In this document: positions 10,032 through 20,215 of the stretch, one piece after another | Numbering within the stretch: the stretch's first letter is position 1 | Layout: each line of letters opens with the position of its first letter | Source of the DNA: Nitrospirota bacterium | Lineage (GTDB): Bacteria; Nitrospirota; Nitrospiria; Nitrospirales; Nitrospiraceae | Assembly (NCBI GenBank): GCA_963701855.1 | Contig: CAVPBK010000005.1 | Span: 96,001 to 160,000 of the forward strand | Direction: 5' to 3' | DNA: 64,000 nucleotides | Notes under the pieces: generated by a model | Database searches by the model: none | What the model saw: the letters and a program-made list of their open reading frames with translations, nothing else | What the model was told of the DNA's origin: nothing | Translations under genes and position numbers: made by a program

Positions 10032-10259
10032 ATGTTTCCCATGCAACATTTTCCCTCAAAAATGTTGCACTTGGAGTTAGTACTCAAGACCATTTTTACG
10101 TCAGGAAAACCTCACGGAACTGGATTGGGGATGGCTATCTGCAAGAACATCATCGAGGGCCATCATGGAGATATCCATCTGACAAGCGAAGTCGGAACAG
10201 GCACCACCGTGAATATTTGGCTGCCGTTATCCCAAGATAGCCAGCTGGTGAAAGGCTAG
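10032..10259 (+). pseudogene. Histidine kinase HATPase C-terminal remnant
   Basis: FTSGKPHGTGLGMAICKNIIEGHHGDIHLTSEVGTGTTVNIWLP (G2 box); upstream part degraded. Confidence 0.75.
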
Positions 10260-10262
10260 CCC

Positions 10263-10868
10263 CTGCAGGCATCATCTTTGTGGTTGACGAAGAGCAGGCG
10301 ACCCGCTCTGCCATTACCAAACGGCTGACTCGGCAAGGCCACCATGTGGTGGTTGGGCATGAAACCGGTGAAGCGTTGCTGGAGGGGCTTCAATACAACC
10401 TTCCTGACCTTGTGTTGCTCGATGTGAAAATTCCATTTCTTCAACGGTCTGAAGCACATGCTTTAACGCATCTAGCTGGCTCAGGAGTTCAACAAACCAA
10501 TTTCTGATATTGCTCCAGCAGCGCGTGCGATACTGGAGCGATACCAATATCCCGGAAACGTTCGTGAGCTTTAGAATATTCTCGAACGGGCTTTGATATT
10601 TTGCCAGGGACGGACGCTTAAGCTCACTTGTTTGCCAAGTGAATTGTGTGAGATCTCACCGCATGTGGCAGTGGCCTCAGAAACTGTGACAGATTCGGTG
10701 GTCCGGATCGATATGAAGCTCGGACAATAGACCCTCGCTGACATTGAGCGGATGATCATCGCTGAAGTCTTGCGGCTGACGAGCTACAATAAGACGTTGG
10801 CTGCCAAGCAGCTAGGTCTCACTCGTTTTTCGCTCGATCGACGGTTAAAGAAGGTTGCAGACTGATGA
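10263..10868 (+). pseudogene. NtrC-family sigma54 response regulator remnant with the AAA+ core deleted
   Basis: Receiver fragment (VVDEE...PDLVLLDVKIP), then PGNVREL*NILERA at ~10550 and a Fis-type HTH YNKTLAAKQLGLTRFSLDRRLKK; stops and frameshifts present. Confidence 0.78.
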
Positions 10869-11120
10869 GGCGAACTTTTTCACTTGGCTGCCGAGTTTCT
10901 GGTTTGTCCTTGTAGGGAGATATCGACGAGGGTCGCCGCTTGATTGCTCAGATCCACAACTCTTCCGGTGTTATTTTCTGATCGTGGGTTCATTCCAGCG
11001 ACTGCCTATCCGTGAAGACGGCGCTCGAGAGAACGAGCGGGAGAATGTCATGCACTTCGTGCCTGACAGGCGTGTTGCGCCGTCTTCGAGATGTCCATAT
11101 AAGCATTCTTCTCGTTCCAT

Positions 11121-11166
11121 AAAAAAGCCGATCCGCCGGCCCGTCTCACGACGGCGGCGGATCGGC
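11121..11166 (-). terminator. Rho-independent terminator of amoCAB
   Basis: Minus strand GCCGATCCGCCG...CGGCGGATCGGC followed by TTTTTT, about 24 bp after the amoB stop. Confidence 0.85.
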
Positions 11167-11189
11167 GTCACGCTTACGTGACTAAACCC

Positions 11190-12455
11190 TTAGCTTGCTG
11201 AGGCCCTCGTGAAGACCGGGATGATGTTACCAGCAATACTGTTGATGTGGCGATTGCCGGATTCGTCCCAAGCCATGATGAGACCTCCGAAGCGCTGATC
11301 AGGATCGTGGACCAGGTCCATAAGTCTCTGTATTTCCCAGAGCGAGTCTCTCGAGTCGAGCTTGACCTCTTTGCTTTCGCCCGGGTTGATTGGTGACTCA
11401 TCCTCGATATGCAAGCCGTCTGTTGCCATAATCTCCGCTGGGTAGTCCGGGTCCATGTTGTTGGCTACGCCAACCTTGTTGAGGAACCGGATACCTGCTG
11501 TTGTGAACTCTCCAATCCTGAGTGGCTGTTCACCGCTGTTGGTCACCTGCAGGGTCATGCGCAGGGCGCGACCAGGAACATCGTAATCTGCGGCGAGCAC
11601 CTTTACCGTAAGATCCGACTTCAAATGAGTCGCCTTGATCTTTGGTTCACCCGCCTGGAGCGGGATGGTATACGGATACTGACTGTCCGTAACGAAGAAA
11701 CCAATGGCAATCAAAACAAAGACCACTCCTAGCATCCCAAAGGCCACTACGCGATCAACTGGATCGTTCAACAGTGCGTCTCCACCCTCTTGGGCCAACA
11801 CACGCGCACGAATGAGGAACATTGGTCTGATCATGAACCAGCCGATCCAGGCAAATCCAAGCCCACCCCATAACAAATGCCAGAAGAGCCCGGCCGCTAG
11901 GCCTGCGGTTTCTGTATCGATGGTTCCTCCAACCAACAGCTTTGCTGGGTTGGTGAAATCTTTATAATTGCCTGTGATATCCATCCAGCCTCCAGGTCCG
12001 GCGATAGGCCCGGCCCCATTGACTGCCAACATCGGGTGGATGTGGTGGTGGCCAGGTAACCGGCCCCTCAGTTTAATCACGTATTCGTAGTCCCCACCGA
12101 TCTCCACCGGGCCCGAGGTGAACATCGGAACCCCGTTCACTTTCGAGCTGAGACGTGTGAACACCGAACTTGGGCTCCCCACGTTGATGAACGTACGATT
12201 GGGCTTGACGACGGCCCGAGGCCAGTCTTCCGATATGTGCAACTTCCCCGACAACATCGCTTCATCGTTGACGGCGGTTTTCGACGGATTCCACCTTGTG
12301 TCGTACCATTGAGCGGTACGCATCCGCAGGAACGGTTCCTGAGAGCGCTCCCCGTGGGCGGCAGCGGGTGAGGCATTGAACACCAGGGTGAGCCCCAGCG
12401 TCGCCATCCCGAGGGAGCCAATCACGCACAATTTGAATATGTTTTTAGCGTTCAT
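11190..12455 (-). CDS. amoB: Ammonia monooxygenase subunit B
   Basis: Signal peptide then HGERSQEPFLRMRT; HIHP CuB motif; YDVPGRALR; GEFTTAGIRFLN. Confidence 0.98.
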   Translation of the reverse strand: MNAKNIFKLCVIGSLGMATLGLTLVFNASPAAAHGERSQEPFLRMRTAQWYDTRWNPSKTAVNDEAMLSGKLHISEDWPRAVVKPNRTFINVGSPSSVFTRLSSKVNGVPMFTSGPVEIGGDYEYVIKLRGRLPGHHHIHPMLAVNGAGPIAGPGGWMDITGNYKDFTNPAKLLVGGTIDTETAGLAAGLFWHLLWGGLGFAWIGWFMIRPMFLIRARVLAQEGGDALLNDPVDRVVAFGMLGVVFVLIAIGFFVTDSQYPYTIPLQAGEPKIKATHLKSDLTVKVLAADYDVPGRALRMTLQVTNSGEQPLRIGEFTTAGIRFLNKVGVANNMDPDYPAEIMATDGLHIEDESPINPGESKEVKLDSRDSLWEIQRLMDLVHDPDQRFGGLIMAWDESGNRHINSIAGNIIPVFTRASAS

Positions 12456-13345
12456 GATTTCCCTTCCGCTAATGTAGCTCCGCCCGACAATCTAGGTGCA
12501 ACTCCATCCGGCGTACCATGTCTCGCTGCATACTCATCTGTACCGACGATCATGATGTCGTTCTTCCGTGACATAACGCCACGTCTACCCTTAACCCAAA
12601 AGAATGCTTGCCCGACAAAGTGCCCCACTTGCCACCAAATGGTGAACATCAACATGGAGATGAAGGCCGAGAAGAACGCGGAAATCCAGACGGTGTGGCC
12701 GCCAAACGTACGCAGCGATCCCACCTCGATGATCCGGATATATTCAGGTGTCCCCGTACGGACATAGGTGAATCCCATGTAGTCTGCCAGAGATAGCAGC
12801 TGACCATCCACCACCATCGGTTGATGGCTGTACCCGAATAGGGCATAGTTTGTCGGATTAAACATCATCGCGAACGCCCATACCCCGAATATCGCTGTGA
12901 GCATCCAACTCCGAGTCAGCAACAGGGTACAGTCGAGGATCAGCGCACTGGAGACCATGGTGGCCGGCATGACGAAGTTTGCCGGAAAGTTGGCCCACCA
13001 GTACCAGGCAAACAGAACCGTGATCCATTTCCCGACAAGGAGCCCCGTGATGCTCAACGTGGCACCAAACGGTTGCCGATAGAATGTCCAGAAGTAGTAC
13101 ATGATCGCTCCGGGATACATGACCTCTACAATTGGTGTGACCGTCACCCAAAACTGCCGGTCCTTCCAATCGATCCAGAAATCCCAGTCTCCTGCAAGCA
13201 GGTCGAAGTGCATATGAAAGGTTGCGAACACCCCTAAATACGCAATCGGAAGAAAATACACCGCGTCTATCATTCTTGACAGCTTGACGCCTTCCGGCGG
13301 AAGCTTGCTGGCTTTGATAATCTCAGCGGTTCTAAACAGTGCCAT
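12452..13345 (-). CDS. amoA: Ammonia monooxygenase subunit A, comammox clade-B type
   Basis: FHMH..LLAGDWDFWIDWKDRQ, YVRTGTPEYIR, GSLRTFGGH; YFWTFY and HTVWI clade-B signatures. Confidence 0.98.
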   Translation of the reverse strand: MALFRTAEIIKASKLPPEGVKLSRMIDAVYFLPIAYLGVFATFHMHFDLLAGDWDFWIDWKDRQFWVTVTPIVEVMYPGAIMYYFWTFYRQPFGATLSITGLLVGKWITVLFAWYWWANFPANFVMPATMVSSALILDCTLLLTRSWMLTAIFGVWAFAMMFNPTNYALFGYSHQPMVVDGQLLSLADYMGFTYVRTGTPEYIRIIEVGSLRTFGGHTVWISAFFSAFISMLMFTIWWQVGHFVGQAFFWVKGRRGVMSRKNDIMIVGTDEYAARHGTPDGVAPRLSGGATLAEGKS

Positions 13346-13466
13346 TTGTCCCCTCCTCGCTCGTTCTGAACATCTGTTCCCTCCCTAAATTTCCAACTGG
13401 CTGGGCGGCCCCGCTCTTTCCGGCATCCGGAGTACGGGGCCAGCCCGCCAAAGTCGACGGCACGAC

Positions 13467-14264
13467 TTAGTACGGGATCACGTGCAAGCAGTCCTTGCTC
13501 TCGTTGTTCCAGACCACATCGCACAGGTTCGACATGCGCGCGACGATCTGCGCCGCGACGCCGCCCGTGCCCCCGAACAATCCGCACCAGCCCAGAGTCA
13601 CAAAGCCCCAGTGCAATGGCGCCGCAAAGAGTTCATCGACGAACCAGAACGCATGCCCCCACTCATTGAGGCCCACGTTGGGAAGAATCATCATCGGCCC
13701 CACGATCGCCCCCACCAAGGGGAACGACACCGCCTTGCTGAACTGCGGCAGCCGGGTCATGGCATACAGATAGCTCGCCACGCCACAGGTGATGTACAAC
13801 GGGAAGGTGAAGTAGAAGGCAATGATATGGCTGGCCGTGAAGCTGGTGTCGCGGATGATCACCTGGTGCCACGACGCATCCTGCTCCAAAGTGTACGAAC
13901 CCGCCCAGTACACGCCGAACACGTATACCGCAAGCCACATCATCCAATAGAAGTACCGCTTGAGCTCGGTCTTGGGATCCACGTTGGCAATGTTGCGATC
14001 CCGGGTACTCCATATCCACCCAAGGGTGGAGGCCGAGAAGATGATGTTGGAAATCACGTTAAAGCGCCACAGCCCCATCCAGACATTTTCGAACTCCGGC
14101 GTCATGGAGTCCAAGCCGTGGGAATACCCAAAGACGCGCTGAAAGACGACCTCGGCCCCTACCGCCGCCAACATCGTAAACCAGCCGATCTTGAGGGGCC
14201 GGGAATCGTACCAGAGCGACATGTCGTAGCCCCGATCCGCCCCTCCCCATGTTGTACTAGCCAT
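13467..14264 (-). CDS. amoC: Ammonia monooxygenase subunit C
   Basis: [17 protein letters not shown] and [33 protein letters not shown]. Confidence 0.98.
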   Translation of the reverse strand: MASTTWGGADRGYDMSLWYDSRPLKIGWFTMLAAVGAEVVFQRVFGYSHGLDSMTPEFENVWMGLWRFNVISNIIFSASTLGWIWSTRDRNIANVDPKTELKRYFYWMMWLAVYVFGVYWAGSYTLEQDASWHQVIIRDTSFTASHIIAFYFTFPLYITCGVASYLYAMTRLPQFSKAVSFPLVGAIVGPMMILPNVGLNEWGHAFWFVDELFAAPLHWGFVTLGWCGLFGGTGGVAAQIVARMSNLCDVVWNNESKDCLHVIPY

Positions 14265-14453
14265 ACACTGACCTCCTTGTTAAGTGATTGAGACCCACCG
14301 CTTACTTCCAGAGAAAAATTCTCCGGCGAAACATTGATACTGGTTGCTGCCGTTAGATCTGCGTGGCGGGAGATTAGCGGATACAGTTTCTTGATGTCAA
14401 GTAGAATATCCAAGGTGGAAGCCTTGTCTCGCCTGCAAAATGCGTGCAACGAT

Positions 14454-15455
14454 CTATGCACTTAACTCCAGTTTATCGCCTACTATTTATGAGGTGGCTG
14501 CAGTCAGCCTCGAGTAGGGGATAGGCTCAATCGCGACGGTTTGTGCGACAAGTTTGTAGAACAGTTTCCAGCGGTATCTCGACGTTCGACGATTGAACCG
14601 AAATGTGAATTCGTCGAGATAGGAGTCCAGTTGCTCACGGGACAATGCACCTTTATGGGTACCCATTAACCAACGTTTCAATAAGGAAGACACCTGGTGC
14701 ACGCGGGGTAGCAAAGCCGACGTTATTTTGCCGCTGGTGTTGATCAGACGCGGTTGGTGCTTGAAGCCTTCCTGCTTCAAGCCCGCATAGGCCTTCCATC
14801 CATCTGTAACGACCACGGAACCAGGCTCGACAGCGTATTTCACGAAGGCGACGAGCGAGCTCGGAGAGGCAGAGGGAATCCGTCGCAGGCAGATGCGTCC
14901 AATCCCCTTCCCGTCGACCTGTGCCGCGATCGCCACCAGGGCCTTGCTTCCCATGTGCCGACGGCTTCGTCCAGCCTCGACGCCCACCACATATGTTTCG
15001 TCCACTTCAATCTGGCCTCCCAGGCTGTCCCAGCCAGGCCGCACTACTGCGCGTCGCAGTTTCTGCAGCCACAACCACGCCGTCCTGTAACTGCCAAAGC
15101 CCAGTAGGCGCTGTAGCCCCAAGGCGCTGAGCCTATGTTTCTGATCGGTCATCCACCACATGGCTCGGAACCAGTCCTGCAGAGGAAGGCGGGTTCGATG
15201 AAAGATCGTTCCAGCCGTTACTGAGGCTTGGTATCCACACCGGCGGCACATCAAAAGGCATCGTGTGGTTGTCCAACTGCCGCTGGTCATGCATTGGGGG
15301 CAACAGAACCCGGTCGGCCACCGCAGCCTGGCCAGATAGGCACGGCAGGCACCTTCTGTAGCGAAGCGCTGTTCGAACTCGGAAAGGGTTCGCATATAGT
15401 CCTCCACGGTATAACTCCAGCACGTCTGGCGCGAACTGGAGTTAAGTGCATAGCC
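14454..15455 (-). mobile_element. IS1595-family insertion sequence
   Basis: Perfect 20-bp IRs CTATGCACTTAACTCCAGTT (14454-14473 and 15434-15453) enclosing the transposase gene. Confidence 0.92.
14487..15407 (-). CDS. IS1595-family (ISXO2-like) transposase
   Basis: N-terminal Zn ribbon (CPQC, CRRC), TAGTIFH.TRLPL..WF, EVDETY, VTDGW.AY, YLDEF.FRFNRR. Confidence 0.93.
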   Translation of the reverse strand: MEDYMRTLSEFEQRFATEGACRAYLARLRWPTGFCCPQCMTSGSWTTTRCLLMCRRCGYQASVTAGTIFHRTRLPLQDWFRAMWWMTDQKHRLSALGLQRLLGFGSYRTAWLWLQKLRRAVVRPGWDSLGGQIEVDETYVVGVEAGRSRRHMGSKALVAIAAQVDGKGIGRICLRRIPSASPSSLVAFVKYAVEPGSVVVTDGWKAYAGLKQEGFKHQPRLINTSGKITSALLPRVHQVSSLLKRWLMGTHKGALSREQLDSYLDEFTFRFNRRTSRYRWKLFYKLVAQTVAIEPIPYSRLTAATS

Positions 15456-15523
15456 TAATTCGCATGCAAAAAAATATACAAAGTTGTATTAAAAATCAAG
15501 CTTACTGGGAGATCTATGCGCCA

Positions 15524-15539
15524 AGCAATATCCGTGCCG
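15524..15539 (-). promoter_or_regulatory. Candidate sigma54 promoter pointing towards the IS and amoCAB
   Basis: Minus strand CGGCAC-GGATA-TTGCT matches the -24/-12 consensus. Confidence 0.6.
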
Positions 15540-15791
15540 GCTTGGCCATGAACGATCAGTCACGCTTTCTCAATCCTGTGCCCACCGTACCATACTGGAC
15601 GTAACTGACTCATCCGATTGTTCGCGTGTATTCACGAGTGGCGCTGCGAACCACGACTTCAAGGACCACGGTCACATGGGTCTGACACGCTCGGGTTGTC
15701 GGGAGCACAGCCTCCATTCCACTTCCTGATAATGACTGTTGAAAATCTAGCTGCGCAATCCACGCCACACCCCGTTACTTCCACACGAAGC

Positions 15792-17813
15792 TCAGTGCAC
15801 ATGGTCGTCTGGTGGCGGACGGAGTTCCTTTTCCCGATTGAGTTGTTCGATCTGCCGCGTCAGTTCGCCGATGTCTGTCCACCCCGCCCCGTCCGCGTTA
15901 GGAATCCAGCGCGCTCGCAAATAACCGTAACGATCTATGAGGAACTCCATGTGCTTGGGTGATGTTCCCTCACCAGCCAGATCAGGGTTGCTGAGAGTCC
16001 TACGGAATAGAGCATAGCTGCGTGCGATCTCTGGCGCTCCTTGTGTCGCCACTGGAAAAGGCATGTCTGCTGTGATCGTCGCCAGGTCTTCTGGGTTGAG
16101 ATCATTCACTGGTGCCGCCAAAATCACCGTATTGGCGGCGCTTAGTGTGGCATAAGCCAGCCGCAGCTGATCGAGCCTCGCGCGTGACTCCGGCCACGAA
16201 AACAGGACTAGCAGTACCGCTTTCTGCCGACGGAAGTCCTTCAAGGTACCGCTCGTACCGTCATGCGCGGAGTAGGAGAAATTCTGCGGGGCCATGTAGG
16301 GCTGATTGGGAGCGACGTAGGGATTAATGAGGCGAGCTTGATAGCCGCGGGATGTGGCATGGAGAAAGTTCACGACATCCCAACGATCCTCTTCCGAGAG
16401 TTTGTCCGCAAATGCCGGCATGCCGGTACCGGGAATACCATGGGTCAGCCAGTGGAAAAAGTCTCCAGCAGTGTGCTTGGCCGTGTGCGGTTCTGTGAGC
16501 AGATCCACCGGTGGTATAGCGAAGGTCTTGGCCAGAACGCCATTGCCCTTGGCTTGGGGTCCGTGGCAGAGCACGCAATTCGTGGCAAATATGGTCGCAC
16601 CGTTGGCAACGGAAATGGCGTCGAACGGGACCGGTGTCTTGCGGTAGGTTTCCGGAAAAGCTTGAGTGGCAAGGGGAGGCAGCGCCGCAACCAGTGCACA
16701 GAGTGCCAGTAGGGCTGGGATGGCAATGCGCCACTTCGTTTCCCAGAGCTTGGTTCGACCGAGGACAACTGCCCCGCCTGCCAGGGTAAGCAGTGCGATT
16801 CCGACCCCCCCGCCGATCATTACGCCCAACCCGCCCCAAGTGGCGTCGATGGAGAAGCGGAATGGATAGGGCCAGTCCTCAATGACGGCATGTTTCGCCG
16901 GCACGGCGTTGGCTAGCATTGTCGCCACCAATACCAGTACCAACGCGATTACGAATTCGATGGTGACCCACTTTCGAAGTCCCTGTTTGCCGACTGCAGC
17001 CACGTCCGTGTTCTGGTCGAGTGACGGAATCCAGATGCGGCGCGCACACGCGCCGATCACGAGAATCGGCGCGAGCAACGCAAGCTTTGTATTGAGAAAC
17101 CAGCCCCAGCTCGTTGCGACCAATGCGGCGTAGCTCGTGTCCACCATGTCATTCGCAACGATGATGCCGGTGCCCACGACAGCGACCATCACAGGAAGCG
17201 CTATTGCAGAGAATCGCTTCATGGTCTGGATGTCGAACCGATCCACTTCCTCGTGTGATCGTTTCCCGACGGTGGCGAACATTATTGAGAGAATAGCCGG
17301 CAGCCCTCCGAGCCAGACGCTTGCCAGAACAATATGCAGCGCGTAAGGCAGCACCGATATCACGGATAGTTCTCCGGCTGCGGAATGGCTTGCGAGCGAT
17401 CCTGCAGCCAGCGTGAGTGCAGCGACGGTCGCGCACAGCACATACCGCCAGCGTGCCCAAGGTGAGAAGCGAATGTAGAGAGCCATTCCGAGCACGAGCA
17501 GCGCAAGGGCCGCGCGCGCCGTCCAGATGAGTCCTATGCGGGTTTTTTGTAAGAGTTCTAGCCAGGCTCCCGGGTGCCAAGCATTTTCAGCCAAGCCCGT
17601 AGCCTGCGCGGTAGTCGTGGCCAGCAAGCCTAGTAACCCCAGCAGAAGCGTGGCCGAAAGCCACGGTAACGCCCGTTCCAGACGGGCTAGCCATGGGCTG
17701 TCGAGTGCGGTTTTCGCATGCACCGCAATTGCAAGAAAAACGCAACTGCCGATCAGGATCATGTTGGACGCAAGCTGCAGCCAGCGGAGCAGCGCGCCGA
17801 TGACCTCGATCAT
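15792..17813 (-). CDS. copD: CopD-family copper transport protein fused to cytochrome c and a redoxin-like domain
   Basis: Multi-TM CopD region (SLASHSA, LHIVLASVWLGGL), CVLCH heme motif with ...GIPGTGMPAF, C-terminal redoxin-like fold (EFLIDRYGYLRARW). Confidence 0.85.
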   Translation of the reverse strand: MIEVIGALLRWLQLASNMILIGSCVFLAIAVHAKTALDSPWLARLERALPWLSATLLLGLLGLLATTTAQATGLAENAWHPGAWLELLQKTRIGLIWTARAALALLVLGMALYIRFSPWARWRYVLCATVAALTLAAGSLASHSAAGELSVISVLPYALHIVLASVWLGGLPAILSIMFATVGKRSHEEVDRFDIQTMKRFSAIALPVMVAVVGTGIIVANDMVDTSYAALVATSWGWFLNTKLALLAPILVIGACARRIWIPSLDQNTDVAAVGKQGLRKWVTIEFVIALVLVLVATMLANAVPAKHAVIEDWPYPFRFSIDATWGGLGVMIGGGVGIALLTLAGGAVVLGRTKLWETKWRIAIPALLALCALVAALPPLATQAFPETYRKTPVPFDAISVANGATIFATNCVLCHGPQAKGNGVLAKTFAIPPVDLLTEPHTAKHTAGDFFHWLTHGIPGTGMPAFADKLSEEDRWDVVNFLHATSRGYQARLINPYVAPNQPYMAPQNFSYSAHDGTSGTLKDFRRQKAVLLVLFSWPESRARLDQLRLAYATLSAANTVILAAPVNDLNPEDLATITADMPFPVATQGAPEIARSYALFRRTLSNPDLAGEGTSPKHMEFLIDRYGYLRARWIPNADGAGWTDIGELTRQIEQLNREKELRPPPDDHVH

Positions 17814-18214
17814 TTCTTTTGCACTTTGCCCTTTACCGTGAAGTCGAAGGACGACTCCACCACGTGACCGTCTACCGACAGTACTCGAAACTTTACTGAA
17901 TACTTTCCGGGCGTCAACTCCGGCAATGGGAGAACGATGGACTTTGGGTCATCTGGAGTAAGTTGAGGCTTGATCTCGGTAACGGGATGTTTCTCGGCGT
18001 CGAGTACAACAAGCGACGCGTACTCGCCTTCGAGTTCCTCGTTGAACCAGAGTCGCACCTGCGCCGGCGCCTTGGCGAGGACAGCCCGGCGTGGCGGCTC
18101 TGCCTTGACCAGCATTGAATGCGCCAGCGCTGGGGCGGCATGCGCGCCCATCGCCATCAGCATCGCTACTCCTATCATGACGCGCTTGAGTGCATGAACC
18201 GCCCATGATTCCAT
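17810..18214 (-). CDS. copC: Periplasmic copper-binding protein CopC
   Basis: Signal peptide then mature N-terminal His (HSMLVKAEP), FNEELE, RVLSVDGHVV; RBS GGAGAGGGGGAG. Confidence 0.92.
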   Translation of the reverse strand: MESWAVHALKRVMIGVAMLMAMGAHAAPALAHSMLVKAEPPRRAVLAKAPAQVRLWFNEELEGEYASLVVLDAEKHPVTEIKPQLTPDDPKSIVLPLPELTPGKYSVKFRVLSVDGHVVESSFDFTVKGKVQKK

Positions 18215-18308
18215 TGGATCTCCCCCTCTCCTTGACTGCTGCGTTCGAGTAAAGCAGCCGGTCTTTTGCACGCCTCGGTTCGGCGTACTGCTCTCAGTGA
18301 CTGGCTGC

Positions 18309-18896
18309 CTAAGAAGCGGTGCGAACCGACGGCTTGCGACGACTGCGCAGGAAAAAGAATATCGCCGCTCCACCGGCAATCGCTGCAAGCGGGACTATGA
18401 CCATGATGTAGTGCATGAAGTGCGAAACCACTCCCGATTCTCCTACCGAGATCGGGAATCGCGCGATATGTTCCTCCTTGCCGCCAACGGTGACTACACC
18501 GATGAAATTGCCTGGCTGGGTGAAGTTATATTCGAAATTAATGAACCCCCCAGGGTAGACCTTGGCCGGCAGGTGAAGGACCGTGTTGGCCTGAAGATCC
18601 TGTTCCGAACCCGTATCCTTGATGACCCGGACCTCGACGGGCAACGAGCGGAGTTCCCCTTCTATATAATCGAGCACCAACACCGTGCGTCCGATCGACG
18701 GAACATCCCCGCAGAGTTCCCTCGAGGCTGAGGTATCAGGTTGATATTCTGTAAGATGCATGCCGTAGGGTCCGAGCTTGAGTATGCAGAAGTTTTTGTC
18801 CAATTCGTGAAAGTGCTGGGCCTGTGCGGAGAGCGGAGCTCCGATCGCCAATATCAAGAAGCACACGCAAGCAGGTTTGAGAAATTGCAAAGACAT
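18309..18896 (-). CDS. amoD: AmoD/PmoD-family protein, second copy
   Basis: C-x8-MH, YQP..ELCGDVP.IGRTVLVLDY, C-terminal TM anchor; paralog of the adjacent gene. Confidence 0.85.
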   Translation of the reverse strand: MSLQFLKPACVCFLILAIGAPLSAQAQHFHELDKNFCILKLGPYGMHLTEYQPDTSASRELCGDVPSIGRTVLVLDYIEGELRSLPVEVRVIKDTGSEQDLQANTVLHLPAKVYPGGFINFEYNFTQPGNFIGVVTVGGKEEHIARFPISVGESGVVSHFMHYIMVIVPLAAIAGGAAIFFFLRSRRKPSVRTAS

Positions 18897-18989
18897 CGTC
18901 AGTATCCTCATCATTATCATCTTTTAGACAGCTCAATTTTCTCGTTGAACCAGAGTTGCAACTGCTCATTGGACCGGATGGCCGGTCGC

Positions 18990-19568
18990 TTACGAAACGG
19001 TATTGCTCGACGTTGTGCCACGCCCGCGCAGGGCAAAGAAGATCACTCCGATAACGGCAACCCCTGCGAGCGCAATCAAGAAGTAGGTAGGGGGTAACCA
19101 TATTTTTGTTTCCCCTACCGAGAACGGAAATCGCGATACATGTTTATCACCTACGGTGACCAGACCAACGAATTTGCCAGGCTGGTCAAAGTTATATTCG
19201 AAATTAACCGAGCCGGCAGGGTAGACCTTGGGCGGTAGGTGAAGAATCGTGATGGCCTGAAGGTCTTGCTCCGACCCCGTATCCTTGATGATCCGAACCT
19301 CGGTGGGCAACGGGCGCAGTGCATCTTCCATATAATCGAGCACCACGACTGTACGGCCCGTCGCGGGAATGTCCTCACAGAATTCCTTATTGCGGGTGTT
19401 GTCTGGCTGATAGCCGGTAAAGTGCATGTTGTACGGGCCGATCGTGAGTCTGCACATGTCCTCGGCCAGTGCCAATCCTCCGTGAGCCTGGGCCTGTGTG
19501 GAGAATATAACCCCCATCGCCAGCATCAAGAAGCACAAGCCAGCAGATTTCACCAATTGCACAGCCAT
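18990..19568 (-). CDS. amoD: AmoD/PmoD-family protein, first copy
   Basis: HGGLALAEDMCRLTIGPYNMHFTGYQP..EFCEDIP; C-terminal TM; RBS GGGAGG before ATG 19568. Confidence 0.9.
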   Translation of the reverse strand: MAVQLVKSAGLCFLMLAMGVIFSTQAQAHGGLALAEDMCRLTIGPYNMHFTGYQPDNTRNKEFCEDIPATGRTVVVLDYMEDALRPLPTEVRIIKDTGSEQDLQAITILHLPPKVYPAGSVNFEYNFDQPGKFVGLVTVGDKHVSRFPFSVGETKIWLPPTYFLIALAGVAVIGVIFFALRGRGTTSSNTVS

Positions 19569-19621
19569 TGTCAGTATCCTCCCTCTCGAATGTTGAACCA
19601 TGTGCTCGCGGGCCGGAGCGC

Positions 19622-20215
19622 CTAGTTTCCCGTACGGCGGACTGCCCACCAATTCCGCAGCCATTTCGATCGTATGAGTATGTATCCAATGAATGCAACT
19701 ACCAGCACTCCTATCGCCGGTCCTGTCATGGTACGTATAAGCTTCTGGTAGTCGATCATGTGTACCCGCAAGAGATACTGCGGGTGCTTCATGAGATTCT
19801 GCTTCTCCGCCGAAATAGTTACCGTATACAGGCCCTCATCCAATCTGACTTCGCCTCTGAGCACTCCGTCCGGGTGAGTGCTTGGGCGAAAATCTGCCAC
19901 AATCTGATCTTCTGTCGCATTGTTCCCATTGCCCTTCATAATCCGCATACCGATAGGCTCGCTGCGTAACGCCGGGTCCACGAGGTCTACGACTAGGAAG
20001 GTGTCGCCTTCCTTGGGAATGTCTGTGCAGTATTGACCCTTCAGCTCGTATTGAGGCTGGTAGGCGCTGAAATGCACCATGCGCTCACCTACTCGGCGCA
20101 AGCATGGGTCGTCTTCTCCGCTCGTTGTTCCATGTGCAGAAGCGACTCCAGGATGGTCCAGTGCGGCAAGAAGAATGAGCACCATAAGGCCTGCTCTTGT
20201 CACTTGCCTAATCAT
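19622..20215 (-). CDS. amoE: AmoE (orf4-type AmoD/E family) protein
   Basis: HG..EDDPC-x7-MVHFSAYQP..YCTDIP.EGDTFLVVDLVD; C-terminal TM; amoEDD arrangement typical of comammox. Confidence 0.82.
   Translation of the reverse strand: MIRQVTRAGLMVLILLAALDHPGVASAHGTTSGEDDPCLRRVGERMVHFSAYQPQYELKGQYCTDIPKEGDTFLVVDLVDPALRSEPIGMRIMKGNGNNATEDQIVADFRPSTHPDGVLRGEVRLDEGLYTVTISAEKQNLMKHPQYLLRVHMIDYQKLIRTMTGPAIGVLVVAFIGYILIRSKWLRNWWAVRRTGN

Noticed and set aside
14434..14449. sigma54-like TTGCAC-GCATT-TTGCA on the minus strand just upstream of amoC
   Set aside because: Lacks the invariant GG at -24; not called as a promoter, though it could be a degenerate site
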